From the NCBI RefSeq assembly GCF_932526225.1, contig NC_064039.1, forward strand, positions 6,257,459 through 6,321,458: a stretch of DNA of 64,000 bases, read 5' to 3'. Under the pieces are notes generated by a model. The model searched no databases and had not been told where the DNA came from. It was given only the letters and a program-made list of their open reading frames with translations. Source of the stretch: Nematostella vectensis (Eukaryota). The position numbers and the translations under genes were made by a program. Positions 49,054 through 57,963 of the stretch are shown here, in pieces (the first letter of the stretch is position 1; every line of letters begins with the position of its first letter).

Positions 49054-49208
49054 CACATACATTCCTAATCACCCTAACAACTAGCGATTCTGAAAATAGG
49101 TTTTGTATTTACATTGAGAGTTCGCGGTCGCCAGGGTGGTCTGGTATGCACGTGAACAGGTATTGTCTTCTTGCGGTACGTCACATCCGTCCACATGCAC
49201 CCCGCATG

Positions 49209-50735
49209 TTACCGGAATAGATACCAAGCTAAACCAGCCGTAAAGGCTGTGATCGTGACAAGGTTATTTTCGTGCTGCGTGTTCGTGGGTTTAATCACGT
49301 CCGGCTTTGGGTTAGTTTTCGCCTCCGGTTCCGGTTTGTGAGCCGTGACTGACTCGGTATGAGGTAACACAATCTTTGAATGACCCATATTATGTTTAGG
49401 GATCGTTTTTATCTCGTTATTTATCGGATTCAGCCCCAGTTTCATATCAGTGGTGGCTTTTTGTAACTTGTTATTATAGCCAGCGATCGAAGTGTTGTTA
49501 TTTATCACAAGATACGATGGACTTAACCAACAGCCGAGGGCGAAAGCTAGGTCTAGTTTTTGTCTCGCCTGTTGTAAAGCAAACTGATACCGTTGTATAC
49601 TTTTCGATATACTGTTTTCCACCACCGCGCTTTCGAAGAGTTTCGTGAAGACCTGTTTCGTTTCCTGAGCTGAACCGCTATCGCCGACGATTGACGACCG
49701 GGTCTGAACTTGCGCGCCTAGAATACAGTAGACAAAGGCTTCGATGCTCTGGTTTATCCTAGACAACCCAGCTTTGGTTAACCCCATTGATTTTTCCGGA
49801 AAGAACCACTCATACTGAAACCCAGTTCTAAGGTCTTTCAGGTACTCGATCTCAAAGTGATTCATGTGTTCGTGGTCGCTTTTGGCAGCGTCCCATTCGT
49901 CGTGTAATTGATCAATGGTGCCATAAGGCTTATACTTGTCGTTAGAAGATGACAAGCCGTGATAATCATAATTATAAACGTTCCCTAACCCGTGATTTAT
50001 CGGTCTGAGGAACCGGAAATCGTCACCAGTTCGGAATTCTGTTCTTAGTTTTTGGTAAGCCGCTTCGCTGTAAAAGTTTTTATTCCAACTAAAGAGCCTA
50101 TCTTTTGGAAGAGGGCATTGTAGCTCGTTTAATATTCGTCTGATAGTGAAAATGATGTGAAATCTGTAGAATGACCCCACTTGAGAGTCGTCAATCATGT
50201 CACGCGTCACACCACATCCAGCAGTCGCGCAAAACATAGCAAAATTTAAGGCTTGACTCCAATAACTGAGGTTTGGGGCGTCGAGCCACCTACTAGCCTC
50301 CTTTGCTGTTCTGAATACTAGCAAGCTGTCGGTGAATATGTCCCTAAAAACAAAGTGTGTCTTCACCTTTGGTGTTATAAAAACATTAAAAGAGACGTAA
50401 TTATTTCTCGTAGGGTTTTCGTCCCACGGCAATATCTTGTACTCTGCACGCGCGTCTAGTCTGTATTGTTTTGGGAACCCAAACAGTTGCTGGATCGTTT
50501 CCTTGTATGCTTGTGTGTCGTCGGCGACTAGAAAATCCTGGATATTCTCGGGTTTCCAGCTATTACCAGGGAAGTGATATAACGTTTTGACTAGATTCCC
50601 ATTCTTGTCGAATGGATCGTATTCGTCCCCATTGAAAACGAATTGCACATTGCCGTGCCCGTCGGCAGAGAACCTGAAGCGTGAGTAGTAGGGGTACCTT
50701 TTCACAAATTCTGTAAACTTCATCTTATATGACAT
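49209..50735 (-). CDS. hypothetical 508-aa protein with C-terminal transmembrane anchor (LVTITAFTAGLAWYLFR); no recognisable family
   Basis: long intact ORF with GATTTAAAAACATC promoter-like motif upstream; second in-frame ATG (M5) has the canonical spacing. Confidence 0.6.
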   Translation of the reverse strand: MSYKMKFTEFVKRYPYYSRFRFSADGHGNVQFVFNGDEYDPFDKNGNLVKTLYHFPGNSWKPENIQDFLVADDTQAYKETIQQLFGFPKQYRLDARAEYKILPWDENPTRNNYVSFNVFITPKVKTHFVFRDIFTDSLLVFRTAKEASRWLDAPNLSYWSQALNFAMFCATAGCGVTRDMIDDSQVGSFYRFHIIFTIRRILNELQCPLPKDRLFSWNKNFYSEAAYQKLRTEFRTGDDFRFLRPINHGLGNVYNYDYHGLSSSNDKYKPYGTIDQLHDEWDAAKSDHEHMNHFEIEYLKDLRTGFQYEWFFPEKSMGLTKAGLSRINQSIEAFVYCILGAQVQTRSSIVGDSGSAQETKQVFTKLFESAVVENSISKSIQRYQFALQQARQKLDLAFALGCWLSPSYLVINNNTSIAGYNNKLQKATTDMKLGLNPINNEIKTIPKHNMGHSKIVLPHTESVTAHKPEPEAKTNPKPDVIKPTNTQHENNLVTITAFTAGLAWYLFR

Positions 50736-50813
50736 ATAAGATGTTTTTAAATCAGTCCTTTACGCATCTCAATTCATAGATCCATCCGACGGGAGTTCTC
50801 TCGTACAGAAATT

Positions 50814-51419
50814 TCACCGAGCGGGTCGACTCGCCAGGTCTTTCAAAATCTCTTCTCTTACTGTTTCCCTCAGCTTGGTAATGTTTACGTTTTTTTCGTC
50901 CTCTCTTACCGACTTTTGACGGATCTGGAGCTTTAGAGCCTCAAACTTGTCCACCTCGTTCAAGATTAAAGAGAACTCTTCGTCTGATATTTTGTTGTCT
51001 TTTAAAGCTTTAGAGACCAGGTCGCGTATGCTATTTACTTTTGCCTTTGCCATCGCCGCTGTTTGGTCGTGCTTGGAGACTTTTTGCGACAGCCGTTTAG
51101 AAACCGCCGCACAGCCTACAGACGTAAGACCGAAAACACCGGCCAAAGCACCCAACGGAACTCCGACGACGATACCAAAACCTGACAGAGAAGTCCCCAA
51201 ACCACTAGACCCAAGAATGACGGATAAGAGTCCTAAGACCACACTTAACTTTGAAAACACGCTCTGCCCTCGTTTATACTTTTTCCTCACGTTCTCGTAA
51301 TGTTTAACTTCTTGCTCCAAACTTCCCAAAACATCGTGGGTCTTTTGGAGTCTGAAGTTATCACCCGAGGGGCTGACCCCTCGGGGTACGTTCGGGTAGA
51401 TTGAGTTGTACTCTTCCAT
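50814..51419 (-). CDS. hypothetical membrane protein (201 aa, two glycine-zipper TM helices, C-terminal coiled coil)
   Basis: ORF plus upstream CACTTAAAGAAT motif. Confidence 0.55.
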   Translation of the reverse strand: MEEYNSIYPNVPRGVSPSGDNFRLQKTHDVLGSLEQEVKHYENVRKKYKRGQSVFSKLSVVLGLLSVILGSSGLGTSLSGFGIVVGVPLGALAGVFGLTSVGCAAVSKRLSQKVSKHDQTAAMAKAKVNSIRDLVSKALKDNKISDEEFSLILNEVDKFEALKLQIRQKSVREDEKNVNITKLRETVREEILKDLASRPAR

Positions 51420-51446
51420 AGCTTTATTATGGGGAGAATTTATTCT

Positions 51447-52070
51447 TTAAGTGATTTCTAAAATTAGACGTATCGGGTAGAGACCGCGCTCTATTGTGTT
51501 TCCGTCACCACCCTTTATACTAAGACGGAGACTACTCACGTAACCGACTGATGTGGTGCTAACCCGTACCGGATCGCTTGGATTGAGGTATATCTTTCCT
51601 TCATCAAGCTCTACACTTGCTAGGATTTGTGAGGGCGCCCCTTGTTGGAGGGAGTCAGACGCGTTCACAAGATCGCAGTGGATAAAAATAGCCTCGTGAC
51701 CTATCATCTTTATCTCGTGGCGAGTGTTTGCTTCCAGCTCCCTGGTCTTGAGTCCTAACAGGCAGGCGAGCGGCTCATTCAACGCGACGTTCCGGTGAAC
51801 TTCGAGTGACGAGTCTCTAATAGAGACTGACTTTTCACCAAGACGCATACCCCCATCTATTTGACGTTTTAGCGTCTCGATCGTATACTGCCCCGCGGGG
51901 ATCCTAAGGATAATGTTCTCACCGTCGGAGACCGTTCCCTCGCTTGAGAGACTGTTACAACGATTATGAAACGCACATCCTCGCAGCGCGATAAACCGCG
52001 GCTTTTCAATAGGTTGTTCTAAATAGACAGTAAAGTCACCAACGTTTCCTTCAATGTAGAGTAATACCAT
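51447..52070 (-). CDS. hypothetical beta-rich 207-aa protein; candidate single-jelly-roll minor capsid (penton) protein
   Basis: size, position in the virion-gene block and alternating hydrophobic pattern; upstream GATTTAAAAGGAGAC motif. No motif-level recognition. Confidence 0.45.
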   Translation of the reverse strand: MVLLYIEGNVGDFTVYLEQPIEKPRFIALRGCAFHNRCNSLSSEGTVSDGENIILRIPAGQYTIETLKRQIDGGMRLGEKSVSIRDSSLEVHRNVALNEPLACLLGLKTRELEANTRHEIKMIGHEAIFIHCDLVNASDSLQQGAPSQILASVELDEGKIYLNPSDPVRVSTTSVGYVSSLRLSIKGGDGNTIERGLYPIRLILEIT

Positions 52071-52073
52071 TTG

Positions 52074-53096
52074 TTATGATTTCCGTCTCCTTTTAAATCG
52101 TTCTACGGAATACAGGACGACAGCGACGATGAGAAGCCATGCGTTTTTAGCTAAAAAGCCAACAACTTCACCTGCCGTTCTAAATATGAAACTAGCTATA
52201 GCACCAACCATTCCTGGGAGTATTTCTCCTAATTTTTTGCCTATTGTTTTCAGACCATTTCCAACACCTTTTGCAACACTAGTCAGCCCAGCTTTCAGAT
52301 TAGAGACAATAACACCGATAACAACGCCCACAGCGGTAACGACAGCAGCGACTGTAAATCCGTATTTCTTAAAAATCGCTTTGACACGATCTTTCAACGA
52401 CATTCTCTCTTCAAGATTTTCTCTCTCCAATTGATTCTCTTCCAAAGTCTCATCTATGACAGAATTTCTTTCGCTGAGCTCTTCATTTTTACGATCTATA
52501 GCTCTTAGTCTTTCTTGGTTAGTTGTTTCACTTCGTTCCTCATTATTTTTTCTCATTTGCTCGGTGTTTCTCTCTTCTTCTTCTCTGAGTGTATTACCTG
52601 TAGCGTCTAGTTCATCGAGTTGAATCTGAATTTGCTTGTACTTTCCGGATCTGATTTTGTCGTCAACACTCTTCCGCACCGTTCTATCCTCATTATACAA
52701 CCTTTCTGGTCTAGTCCAACCACCTTTTCTCGCAGAATAGAAGGAAATGAATTGTTTTCCTCTCTCATCCGTTGAAATCTGAACTAGATTTTCATCAAGA
52801 TCTGGATATTTCGATAACAAAAGGTCTACCCTAAGTGTGTCCGTTGAAGGAGAACCTCCCATATTCTGTAACTCCATGTACTCGGGGACAGCCCTCCCGG
52901 GGTTTCGTGTTTTCCATAAGTCAGTCAACCTCCTACTCACATAGCTTGCACCTCTACCAAATCTGTTTGAAATCCTTTCATTCCATGATTCTCTTCCCTC
53001 ACCATCGTTTGGAATAAGAGAGTCATAATCTTCGTCTACAGTAGTATTCAAATCTTCTCTACCTTCTTCTGTTGTGGGATCAAAATCTATATCCAT
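52074..53096 (-). CDS. hypothetical 340-aa protein: acidic N-terminus, E/R-rich coiled coil, C-terminal multi-TM region
   Basis: ORF plus upstream GACTTAAAGATTT motif. Confidence 0.55.
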   Translation of the reverse strand: MDIDFDPTTEEGREDLNTTVDEDYDSLIPNDGEGRESWNERISNRFGRGASYVSRRLTDLWKTRNPGRAVPEYMELQNMGGSPSTDTLRVDLLLSKYPDLDENLVQISTDERGKQFISFYSARKGGWTRPERLYNEDRTVRKSVDDKIRSGKYKQIQIQLDELDATGNTLREEEERNTEQMRKNNEERSETTNQERLRAIDRKNEELSERNSVIDETLEENQLERENLEERMSLKDRVKAIFKKYGFTVAAVVTAVGVVIGVIVSNLKAGLTSVAKGVGNGLKTIGKKLGEILPGMVGAIASFIFRTAGEVVGFLAKNAWLLIVAVVLYSVERFKRRRKS

Positions 53097-53140
53097 TTCT
53101 TATTTTGTTTGAAAATAAGAAATCTTTAAGTCGTGCCAGC

Positions 53141-53557
53141 TCATATCCACCTACTCGCTACATAGCCAAGGGCTAACATTCCACCTCCAACGTACGCCAT
53201 CTCTCCCATCTTTTGGTTGCTACTTGGTCTGTAGTAATCTGAGAGCTCAGGCTCTTTCAAATCAAAATCTGGATGTGTTTGAGCGTATAGTTTGAAAGCC
53301 TCATCCGTCTCTTTATCGTTCTCATCCGCACGAACTTTATCGTTGTATTGTTCAGTCAACCAATCCTGGTATTCCTGTCTTTTTTTCTGCCAATCACCCA
53401 TTGCTTGTTGATACTTTTCAAGCGCTTTATCGTGTCTTATTTTTTCTTTATCAACATGAGTAGCGTCAGAAGACAAGTATCTCGCTAGGTAACTCCCTCC
53501 GACAAACGCCGTCGCATTAATAAAAGCCCCACCAATCATAAATGCTATACTCGCCAT
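53141..53557 (-). CDS. hypothetical membrane protein (138 aa; N- and C-terminal TM segments)
   Basis: ORF plus upstream CGACTTAAAGATC motif 19 nt from ATG. Confidence 0.5.
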   Translation of the reverse strand: MASIAFMIGGAFINATAFVGGSYLARYLSSDATHVDKEKIRHDKALEKYQQAMGDWQKKRQEYQDWLTEQYNDKVRADENDKETDEAFKLYAQTHPDFDLKEPELSDYYRPSSNQKMGEMAYVGGGMLALGYVASRWI

Positions 53558-53589
53558 TTATTAATCAATCTATAAGATCTTTAAGTCGC

Positions 53590-53814
53590 CTACAGCGGTT
53601 TTGGCAAAATCTTTTGTGTTTCCAGATAATCTTTCAGATACATACTACCGGACAGGACAGCAACCCATTTAGCGTAGTTTGTAACACTTGACGAAGGGTC
53701 GCTGATGAATGACTCTTTCATAGCCTTTTTAGCAACATAACCCACGCCGGCGGCTAATCCGATGATGACTGCTGAGTCGGTGATCGTTTTCACAAGTTTG
53801 TTTTCAGTTGACAT
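53590..53814 (-). CDS. hypothetical small membrane protein (74 aa)
   Basis: ORF plus upstream GATTTAAAGATTATC motif, preceded by the 30-bp palindromic element. Confidence 0.45.
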   Translation of the reverse strand: MSTENKLVKTITDSAVIIGLAAGVGYVAKKAMKESFISDPSSSVTNYAKWVAVLSGSMYLKDYLETQKILPKPL

Positions 53815-53849
53815 GATTTTATTTATTACAGATTCAGATAATCTTTAAA

Positions 53850-54311
53850 TCACAACATTCCTATTTTTGGCGTCGCGTTCGGGAGGCTAGCCCCTCGAGC
53901 TCCCCCTAGGTGGGAGGTGGGTCTCCCAAGAGTTTCGGCCTCGTTGACGTTAATCTTAGACGGCTCGCCCTCTTTCTTTTTGTAAAAACGCATATACATA
54001 TCCAATGCGGTGAGCCCTATTCCAACTAGAGCCAGTACAGTTGTAAACGATAGCTCTGGAATCCAAGCGTCCGAGAGGCTATCCCCTCGAGCTCCCTCTT
54101 GGTGGGGTGTCTCTGCTCGTGCAGCGTCTTCTGAACTCGCCTCCGCCTCGCGTTTCATCTCCCTAGCAAGTGCTTCTCTACACCTCCTATTATATTCGGC
54201 AACTCTCTTACCAGAAGCGACTTTTATAGGATCTTTCTCCTTAGCGGCACTCTTCTTCCTGGGGGGAGGGTCCTTTGTGATTTGCTCAACCTCTTGATTT
54301 TCGTCAGACAT
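53850..54311 (-). CDS. hypothetical 153-aa protein, basic N-terminus plus one TM
   Basis: ORF plus upstream GATTTAAAGATTC motif. Confidence 0.5.
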   Translation of the reverse strand: MSDENQEVEQITKDPPPRKKSAAKEKDPIKVASGKRVAEYNRRCREALAREMKREAEASSEDAARAETPHQEGARGDSLSDAWIPELSFTTVLALVGIGLTALDMYMRFYKKKEGEPSKINVNEAETLGRPTSHLGGARGASLPNATPKIGML

Positions 54312-54453
54312 GATTCTTTACTCACTGAATAAAGAATCTTTAAATCACATCATGCTCAAGAGCTTGCTCAGTTGTGCTCAAGAGCTTGCTCAGGTGTGCT
54401 CAAGAGCTTGCTTAGGTGTGCTCAGGTGTGCTCAAGAGTTTGCTTAGGTGTGC

Positions 54454-54981
54454 TCAGGTGTGCTCAAGAGTTTGCTCAGTTGTGCTTGAAACTTCTTGAA
54501 GTTTGTTGGAAGTCTCCTGTGAAGGTGTTAGTTTAACATGCTTAGCGACCCGAAAGATGGCACTAGCAAGTGCTACCATCCTTCCTCCCTTCAATACCAA
54601 GAGACCTGCAAAGTTTGACAATTCGCGTTTAACCAACTCGTCGTTCTGTAAGTCTTTGCTAAGCGCTTCGGTGTCATCTACAGGAACCACGTAGGAAATG
54701 ACTTGAGACACCACTTGAAGTGCTGATTCTACTAATCCATCAGTAACTTGTTTGCCTAAGACAGTCTGGTAGCGAACAAAGTACTTTTCGACGTCTTTCG
54801 CCGGGAGCTTCTTGATGTCCCCTAAACTCATGTCCACACCAAGAAATTCCTTCGTAGTCCCAAGAGATGCGAGAATAGCCAGCGATTCTCGTTTGACTTC
54901 AACATCGTCTTCGAGAGGCTCACCCTTCGAGCTCCCCTTAGACTTAGGCTCCTCTTCCATATAATCCTCAATGCTTGCCAT
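54454..54981 (-). CDS. hypothetical 175-aa acidic protein (likely start MASIEDYMEEE…; the six-frame ORF extends to 55047)
   Basis: AAGTGGTTTAAAAACATC motif lies 25 nt upstream of the internal ATG at 54981, and the 30-bp palindrome abuts it. Confidence 0.5.
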   Translation of the reverse strand: MASIEDYMEEEPKSKGSSKGEPLEDDVEVKRESLAILASLGTTKEFLGVDMSLGDIKKLPAKDVEKYFVRYQTVLGKQVTDGLVESALQVVSQVISYVVPVDDTEALSKDLQNDELVKRELSNFAGLLVLKGGRMVALASAIFRVAKHVKLTPSQETSNKLQEVSSTTEQTLEHT

Positions 54982-55043
54982 CTTATTTTGTAAGTAGACC
55001 AAGATGTTTTTAAACCACTTCGAGGGGTCAGCCCCTCGAGCTC

Positions 55044-55670
55044 TCACCGCGTGGCAGGAATCTCCAAATAACGTTGGAATGGATGTCGTAGGCAGAAACA
55101 GAGTCTGGAATACTTTTCAGTTTTCAGCAGTTCTACAAACTTTTTACGAGTCTCAACGTCTAAGTCACCCCCATAATCTTCAAACAGTGTTTTGGTACCG
55201 ATTTGAGATGGATTATGGAATGTAACCACACAGGCGACGTTATCACGGAAGGGCTTTGCTATGGATGTTAATTGTTGCGTCAATACCCACACTGATAATC
55301 CTTCGTGTCTCCCTGAGAACGCTAAATTGATAAACTTGTTCGAGCGTTGCTTTAGATCTTTCGATACAGCACAGTCATCCAAAACGAGTAACGTATTTGT
55401 ACCAGAAAATAGCACCGCACAATCTGTTAGTAACTCGTTAATCTCATCGGTGTTACTAGCATCCGGCGATAATACCAAGAAACGTTTATCTCCGTGAGCA
55501 AATCTACGATAGGACTTGTTTTTCGCATAAGTCGGACAAATCAACACAATGTATTCAAACACATGCCGGAACGGCCCTCGGAGCTGTTCCGTGAGGTACT
55601 TTGTCTTCCCACAATTAGTAGGTCCTGTGATAATACAATGAAAAGGAACTTTTTCCCGTAATTCTTCCAT
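55044..55670 (-). CDS. FtsK/HerA-superfamily (A32-like) genome-packaging ATPase; Walker A GPTNCGKT, Walker B LLVLDD. Likely start MEELREK (the ORF call 55044..55691 starts on a non-ATG codon).
   Basis: P-loop and hhhhDD motifs, ~210 aa, location next to capsid gene as in Polintons/virophages. Confidence 0.85.
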   Translation of the reverse strand: MEELREKVPFHCIITGPTNCGKTKYLTEQLRGPFRHVFEYIVLICPTYAKNKSYRRFAHGDKRFLVLSPDASNTDEINELLTDCAVLFSGTNTLLVLDDCAVSKDLKQRSNKFINLAFSGRHEGLSVWVLTQQLTSIAKPFRDNVACVVTFHNPSQIGTKTLFEDYGGDLDVETRKKFVELLKTEKYSRLCFCLRHPFQRYLEIPATR

Positions 55671-55698
55671 TCTTTTTGTATTATCACACAAGTCCTTT

Positions 55699-56937
55699 TT
55701 AATACATGATTGCTCTCAAATTCGAGTTCATAACCTCCATCAACGCGTCGGCTACTACAAACATGTAGCAGGTGATGTTTCCCGTTCCTCCAACTTTTCG
55801 TTTCATCTCGAGTTTTACTCCGTCTCGCGTGTTGTTCAAGACCAGACCTCCTCCGTGAATGCTGTTATCTGGGTGTGCCCTCAAGTCGACCCACAGAGCA
55901 AACTTGTTATTAGCGTAAAAATCCTTTTGCTTGACACCCTCTCTACCGAAACGTTTCTTTACCGACTCCCAGAGGTCCGGCGGTGTCATCCCCTTGGAGT
56001 AGAGACGGTTTGGCATGCCATCCACATTAATGTTGATCGATGTGATGCTTGGATTGACAAACTTTTCGGAATCCCTTGCTCCTCCGGTGTAGCTCTCTGT
56101 GAACAGGCACAATATCCCTGTCATTGACCTCCTCGGCAGATTAATGTGCTCGTTTATGACACCATCATTAGGTTTGGAGATGGTGAACGTTTTGTGGAGA
56201 ATGACGTTCTCGTAAAAGAATCCTCTACCAACCTGATAAGCCGACAACGCCTCACGAGCTAAGTATTCACTTGAGATGCAAGCATATTCCAACTCGAGGT
56301 TTGTGATTGTGTACGTTGGAGTCTTGACCGTGTCAGCATAAACAACGACGTCGGAAACTGGGGCTAGAGTAATTTCAAAGATTAGCGGATGAGGTAACGC
56401 CTTTGGATAAAAGACCCCATGCTCGCCGAGAATAGGATGGTCGAGTGGAATGCAGTACTTGGTGTTGTGAACTGCTGCAAGAGCTACTTCCTTAGCATCT
56501 GATGTCGCTTTGTCACCTGCATTTGTCCTGAGCTTCCTCATGTTCTCAGAGGAGATACCTTGTTTTATTCTATCCTCACGATCTTCAGCTTGTAAGTATA
56601 AGTCGTGATAGGTTTGGAAGAGATCGTATCTTTGAGTATCCTGTAGTGTTTCTCCACCGAAAAGAATCTTGAGCCTTGACACTAGGTTCCGGCCAACGTT
56701 GTTGACGAGAGTATTATTCGCGTGTCCTGTGACGTTTAAGTCAAATAGTAAGGATACACTACCTGGAACAATCACTACATTTTCAGCAAGTTTTGGAATA
56801 TTTATATAGAGGGTTTCTCCAGGACTTGCCGATGAGGGATTGAATGTAATCCGATTCAGCGACGATTCCGCTTTCAGGCCGAAGGGTTCCCGTGGGATCC
56901 TGTTTGGGTTAATTTTTTCTGATATCGCTTGTGCCAT
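55699..56937 (-). CDS. putative double-jelly-roll major capsid protein (412 aa)
   Basis: beta-rich 45-kDa protein immediately upstream of the packaging ATPase, the conserved MCP position in Polintons; no direct motif proof. Confidence 0.55.
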   Translation of the reverse strand: MAQAISEKINPNRIPREPFGLKAESSLNRITFNPSSASPGETLYINIPKLAENVVIVPGSVSLLFDLNVTGHANNTLVNNVGRNLVSRLKILFGGETLQDTQRYDLFQTYHDLYLQAEDREDRIKQGISSENMRKLRTNAGDKATSDAKEVALAAVHNTKYCIPLDHPILGEHGVFYPKALPHPLIFEITLAPVSDVVVYADTVKTPTYTITNLELEYACISSEYLAREALSAYQVGRGFFYENVILHKTFTISKPNDGVINEHINLPRRSMTGILCLFTESYTGGARDSEKFVNPSITSININVDGMPNRLYSKGMTPPDLWESVKKRFGREGVKQKDFYANNKFALWVDLRAHPDNSIHGGGLVLNNTRDGVKLEMKRKVGGTGNITCYMFVVADALMEVMNSNLRAIMY

Positions 56938-56970
56938 CTTTTATTTTAAGAAAAGAGAGATAATCTTTAA
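56938..56970. promoter_or_regulatory. 33-bp bidirectional promoter between MCP (-) and integrase (+): TTTTAAGAAAAGAGAGATAATCTTTAAA carries the TTTAAAGA-type motif in both orientations
   Basis: palindromic arrangement TTTAAGA…TCTTTAAA. Confidence 0.5.
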
Positions 56971-57963
56971 ATGAGTAACGAAAGCAGGTTATCAAAAATA
57001 TACTATTCCACCGATGGATACTGGAAAGGGTATTCAGCTATTTATAAGTTAGCTAGTGTCGCTAAAGTCAGTGAAGCCGAGGCTAAGAGGTGGCTTGAAA
57101 AACAGGCGTTGTGGCAGATCTATCTCCCAGCTCCAAAGTATGTCCCCAGACCGCATTGGACTGTGAATAAACCTAATCAGATTCACCAAGCCGATCTGTT
57201 GTTTATGCCCCACGATAACGTAGGCAGAAAAACCTACCGTTACGCGTTGGTCGTGATTGATATTGCCTCGAGATATAAAGATGCAGAAGCACTGACTACC
57301 AAGGATTCGAGTGGAATTGCTAAAGGGTTTGAAAAGATATACTCCAGAAAACTTAAATGGCCTCATACGGTGATTGTCGATCCGGGGACAGAATTTAGGG
57401 GAGAGGTAACGAAGATTATGAAAAAGAAGGGGGTTACCATCCAGCGAAGCGAAGCTGGGAACCATCGCGCACAGGCTTTTGTCGAACGCGCCAATAGAAC
57501 ACTGGCGGAGAGGTTGTTTTCTTATCAGTATGCTCAAGAAATGATTAGCGATGATCGGTCCAGAGTTTGGGTGAAACGATTGCCAGATGTTTTGAAGACT
57601 CTGAATAGTCAACCCATAAGAATTACTGGCAAAGAGCCTGTAAAATCTATTGGTTTGAAAGAGGTTGATATTGACCCTCCAACGTATAAGCGGCCTGTTG
57701 GACTTGACGAAGTTAGACTACCACCAGGGGTTAGAGTTAGATATCTATTAGCTCCTGGAGAAGAGGAAGGAGGTGAACGCAGACGAGCCACAGACCCCAT
57801 TTGGAGTTTGAAAGTGTTTGATCTATCACGCAGTGTTGTTTCGGTTGGGCAGCCTGTGTTGTACTACCTCTCCGAAGGCGCTCCAAGGAGGTCGTTCGTT
57901 AGGGAAGAACTTCAAGTCGTCCCTGAAGATACTGAGCCACCACCTAATAGCGTTCTGAAATGA
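56971..57963 (+). CDS. retroviral-type (rve) DDE integrase with C-terminal extension
   Basis: catalytic triad context HQADLLF (D) … VIVDPGTEF (D) … NHRAQAFVERANRTL (E); ~35-aa D-E spacing. Confidence 0.9.
   Translation: MSNESRLSKIYYSTDGYWKGYSAIYKLASVAKVSEAEAKRWLEKQALWQIYLPAPKYVPRPHWTVNKPNQIHQADLLFMPHDNVGRKTYRYALVVIDIASRYKDAEALTTKDSSGIAKGFEKIYSRKLKWPHTVIVDPGTEFRGEVTKIMKKKGVTIQRSEAGNHRAQAFVERANRTLAERLFSYQYAQEMISDDRSRVWVKRLPDVLKTLNSQPIRITGKEPVKSIGLKEVDIDPPTYKRPVGLDEVRLPPGVRVRYLLAPGEEEGGERRRATDPIWSLKVFDLSRSVVSVGQPVLYYLSEGAPRRSFVREELQVVPEDTEPPPNSVLK

Noticed and set aside
53877-53915. AvrII/SacI/XhoI/NheI sites packed into the 30-bp palindromic element (looks like a cloning polylinker)
   Set aside because: A GC-rich palindrome necessarily contains palindromic hexamers. 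The element occurs 7 times with natural-looking variants inside ORFs and TIRs, so vector contamination is unlikely.
57049-57800. Antisense ORFs inside the integrase (187 aa, 63 aa) and inside pPolB, the 340-aa gene, MCP and ATPase (for example 58251-58436, 59436-59913, 61483-61758, 52129-52434, 55855-56127, 55261-55497)
   Set aside because: They overlap strong, motif-supported genes on the opposite strand and have no promoter motif or recognisable features.
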